DNA of 20,000 nucleotides from Hydrurus foetidus. Taxonomy: Eukaryota. The DNA lies in contig UYFQ01000444.1 of assembly GCA_900617105.1 (NCBI GenBank), positions 45,377 through 65,376 on the forward strand, in the 5' to 3' direction. The notes below the pieces were generated by a model, which was not told the origin of the DNA, did no database searches, and was given only the letters and a program-made list of their open reading frames with translations. Shown in pieces: positions 19,242 to 20,000 of this stretch; the first letter of the stretch is position 1, and each line of letters opens with the position of its first letter. Position numbers and translations under genes: made by a program.

Positions 19242-19593
19242 TGTAGTAATATCAGTATTATGTAGACTAGATATTCCGTATACGAATTGTGATGCTATTA
19301 TCTGTATTTCATATTTGAACCACACGTACGGTGTTGCACCACAGCAGTACCGTACTACATACGATATGACGTATTTGATCTAGGATAGCCATCAACCTGT
19401 TGCGACAACTACCGACTACACTCGACTACTACTGCGTTGCAGCAGTGCTAATTAACCCAAACTCGTAGCCGACAGCGAAACTTCTCTTCTGAGTCCAGAC
19501 AGAGCGAGTGAAGCCGCATCGGAGAGTGCAGTGGGGAGCTTGTGACCAACCGTATGGGACATACGGCACACCTTTAAGTCCACTTTCACAACA
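19242..19593 (+). repeat. 3' LTR (352 bp)
   Basis: Direct repeat of 13032-13384, followed by the TSD CATAG. Confidence 0.97.
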
Positions 19594-20000
19594 CATAGTT
19601 CACCGTTTACCGGCAACGGAAATGAAGGACCGTTAAACTGAATCCGGTATAAGTCAGCCATTTTCTGTGGAATTCTTGTATCATTTCATTTGGATCGAAG
19701 TGGAAATTCAATTATTTATTCTGTTCCGAGTTCTGAATCTCGCAAGACATGCATTCTCTGCGGCATTTAGAGATCTTTTACGTTTACGCAATATTTTATT
19801 ATTTTTTAGGCTCTGAACCCTAACCCTTGACCTGGGGTTACGCAATAATTAGTTCGTAGACCTTGACCTTGACCCTAATTCCTACACTGTCGAAAGACCT
19901 TACACGGGTATTATTGCGTAAAAGCTTGTGATCTGGAGATGTAGGCCCGCGGTATGCACCCATTTGCTAAAAGCTCGTCTCCAGACTTTTCGGTGCACTG

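Larger units (their letters stand above)
13032..19593 (+). mobile_element. Full-length Ty1/copia LTR retrotransposon (CoDi-like), 6562 bp
   Basis: Two TG...CA LTRs, 5-bp TSD CATAG (13027-13031 and 19594-19598), domain order gag-PR-IN-RT-RH. Confidence 0.97.

Noticed and set aside
19452..19661. Minus-strand ORF reading into the 3' LTR
   Set aside because: Chimeric across the insertion junction; at the reconstructed empty site it stops after ~42 codons.

Overview
AT-rich eukaryotic genomic DNA with short GT-AG introns. It is probably from an ochrophyte/stramenopile; this is inferred from a LOV-like PAS gene and a diatom-CoDi-like copia element. Left to right: (1) the internal and 3' part of a multi-exon + strand gene with a degenerate LOV/PAS domain and microsatellite-filled introns (1-4000). 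(2) An old ~2.74-kb-period tandem duplication carrying two copies of a 2-exon gene for a small Gln/Pro-rich protein with a Cys-rich hydrophobic C-terminus (5261-5800, 10686-11249). An inverted partial copy of the upstream region forms a ~1.3-kb degenerate palindrome (6455-7780). (3) A ~2.69-kb PIF/Harbinger DNA transposon inserted just upstream of copy B, with two convergent ORFs that overlap at their 3' ends (7819-10506). (4) A young full-length Ty1/copia LTR retrotransposon (13032-19593, CATAG TSD, LTRs differing at 3 positions). It has a non-canonical primer-binding site that is complementary to its own LTR and also resembles a tRNA-Ile anticodon-arm match, a -1-frame gag/pol junction, and a garbled internal duplication that is probably an assembly artefact.
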